From a virus (taxonomy: Duplodnaviria; Caudoviricetes): a stretch of 64,000 bases of DNA. Below the pieces are notes generated by a model, which saw only the letters and a program-made list of their open reading frames with translations, was not told the DNA's origin and ran no database searches. Numbering within the stretch: the stretch's first letter is position 1; every line of letters begins with the position of its first letter. Made by a program: the position numbers and the translations under genes. The DNA is taken from the IMG/VR virus record IMGVR_UViG_3300025924_000017, positions 32,001 to 96,000 of that record; one strand, 5' to 3'. Shown here piece after piece: positions 63,129 to 64,000 of the stretch.

Positions 63129-63332
63129 GTGGCGCAAGGCAAGAAGAACTTCATCCAAAAGGCGATCCCCAAGTCCCATCGCGGCGACCTTCACAAGGCG
63201 CTGGGCATTCCCAAGGGCAACATCATCCCGCACGACGTGCTTGAGGCAGCGGCGAAGCGGAAGGGCAAGGTCGGCGAGGAAGCGCGGTTAGCGCTCACCC
63301 TCGAAGGCATGCACCCCAGCGCGAAGAAGTAA
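63129..63332 (+). CDS. small basic phage protein (FIQKAI...LHKALG.P...IP family)
   Basis: GTG start; recurrent phage motif. Confidence 0.7.
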   Translation: MAQGKKNFIQKAIPKSHRGDLHKALGIPKGNIIPHDVLEAAAKRKGKVGEEARLALTLEGMHPSAKK

Positions 63333-63335
63333 GCT

Positions 63336-63509
63336 GTGAAGCACCAGAAGACCAAGGCGCCATCGCAGCGCCACCCGCAGGCCAAGAGCCTTCAGAATCT
63401 CCACGGCGCCAACGCGCCCGGCGCCGCATCGGCACAGATGCTTGTCGGCGGCCAGCAGGTTTCCCCAACCGATCCCGGCGTACAGGCGTGCGCAATGACC
63501 GGTAACTGA
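63336..63509 (+). CDS. small hypothetical protein
   Basis: GTG 4 nt after upstream stop; followed by a terminator. Confidence 0.5.
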   Translation: MKHQKTKAPSQRHPQAKSLQNLHGANAPGAASAQMLVGGQQVSPTDPGVQACAMTGN

Positions 63510-63536
63510 ACATACCTTTCACAGAGGGCATGAGTG

Positions 63537-63576
63537 TAGGGCCGAAGCAGCGATGCTTCGGCCCTAAACTTTTTCT
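63537..63576 (+). terminator. intrinsic terminator
   Basis: tagggccgaagca-gcga-tgcttcggcccta then aactttttc. Confidence 0.8.
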
Positions 63577-63866
63577 TGACCACTTTGTTTTGAATTGTTG
63601 ACTCGTTGTTCGTAATATGAGACATACATCCCACACGGTGCTCATTCCGAGCGCCACGAAGGTTTGAAAATGTTCGCAGTGCTTAAATCCAAGCCGAGTA
63701 CACATCTGGCATCCGCCAGCGTGCTGTCGCTCGCCTTGTCGCCTGCGACCACGCCAGCTATCTAAAGCCGCGTCCGCGCGGCTCACGAGCCGCGCTCCAC
63801 CTTCTGAACTCCCCACACCCAGATCAGATCGCAGAGTTCGGCTCCTAAACAGGAGAACGAATACGT

Positions 63867-63942
63867 CTGCGTATAGCTTAGCTTGGTAGAGTACGACCCT
63901 CGGACGGTTGGGGCGGAGGTTCAAATCCTCCTACGCAGACCA
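63867..63942 (+). tRNA. tRNA-Pro(CGG)
   Basis: ctgcgta/tacgcag; cgacc-ctCGGac-ggttg; A73-CCA. Confidence 0.9.
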
Positions 63943-64000
63943 AGTTTACGGATCACGTGCGGAGGTTCAAATCCTCCTACGCAGACCAAGTTTACGGATC
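63913..64000 (+). repeat. 42-bp tandem duplication of the tRNA-Pro 3' half plus trailer
   Basis: gcggaggttcaaatcctcctacgcagaccaagtttacggatc at 63913-63954 and 63959-64000. Confidence 0.9.

Overview
This window is part of a large lytic dsDNA phage genome with an alphaproteobacterial host, judged from GCTANAWC-type -10 boxes, a Usg homologue and a HisRS-insert-like domain. Gene order resembles phiCbK-like Caulobacter phages (inference): accessory genes, TerS/TerL with an intein (10.9-14.5 kb), an ~18 kb early/terminal-repeat-like block (14.55-32.7 kb), portal (34.5 kb), about 45 small accessory genes, scaffold, major and minor capsid, a 1329-aa collagen-like fibre, a SASA esterase, and a tRNA cluster (8 tRNAs plus one degenerate). 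The most unusual feature is the 14.55-32.7 kb block, an array of modules built from four recurring non-coding parts. (i) A back-to-back sigma70 promoter core, TTATTTTGTCYGTCAAGKGTTGACA, flipped in two modules. (ii) A near-invariant leader, CGGAGTCGCAAATG (25 copies), which fuses the SD, a GANTC site and the start codon. (iii) A 27-bp 10-7-10 palindrome, GTTAACCAAT-N7-ATTGGTTAAC (17 copies), where convergent transcription units meet. (iv) Terminator-like hairpins whose loop (TTGCGAC) is the exact complement of the leader core. Helically phased CTACCGYGCGC arrays flank the block, and paralogous and pseudogenised cargo suggests gene turnover. Other notable items are a Pro1/Cys-F4 (class-3-like) intein in TerL Walker A, an iteron-like origin candidate (7.56-7.91 kb), an orphan antitoxin-like gene, a LapG-like secreted protease, two HslV-like paralogues, a frameshifted RuvC, SpeD inside the head module, and tRNAs with non-canonical T-loops. 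All family calls are from motif recognition only; no searches were run.
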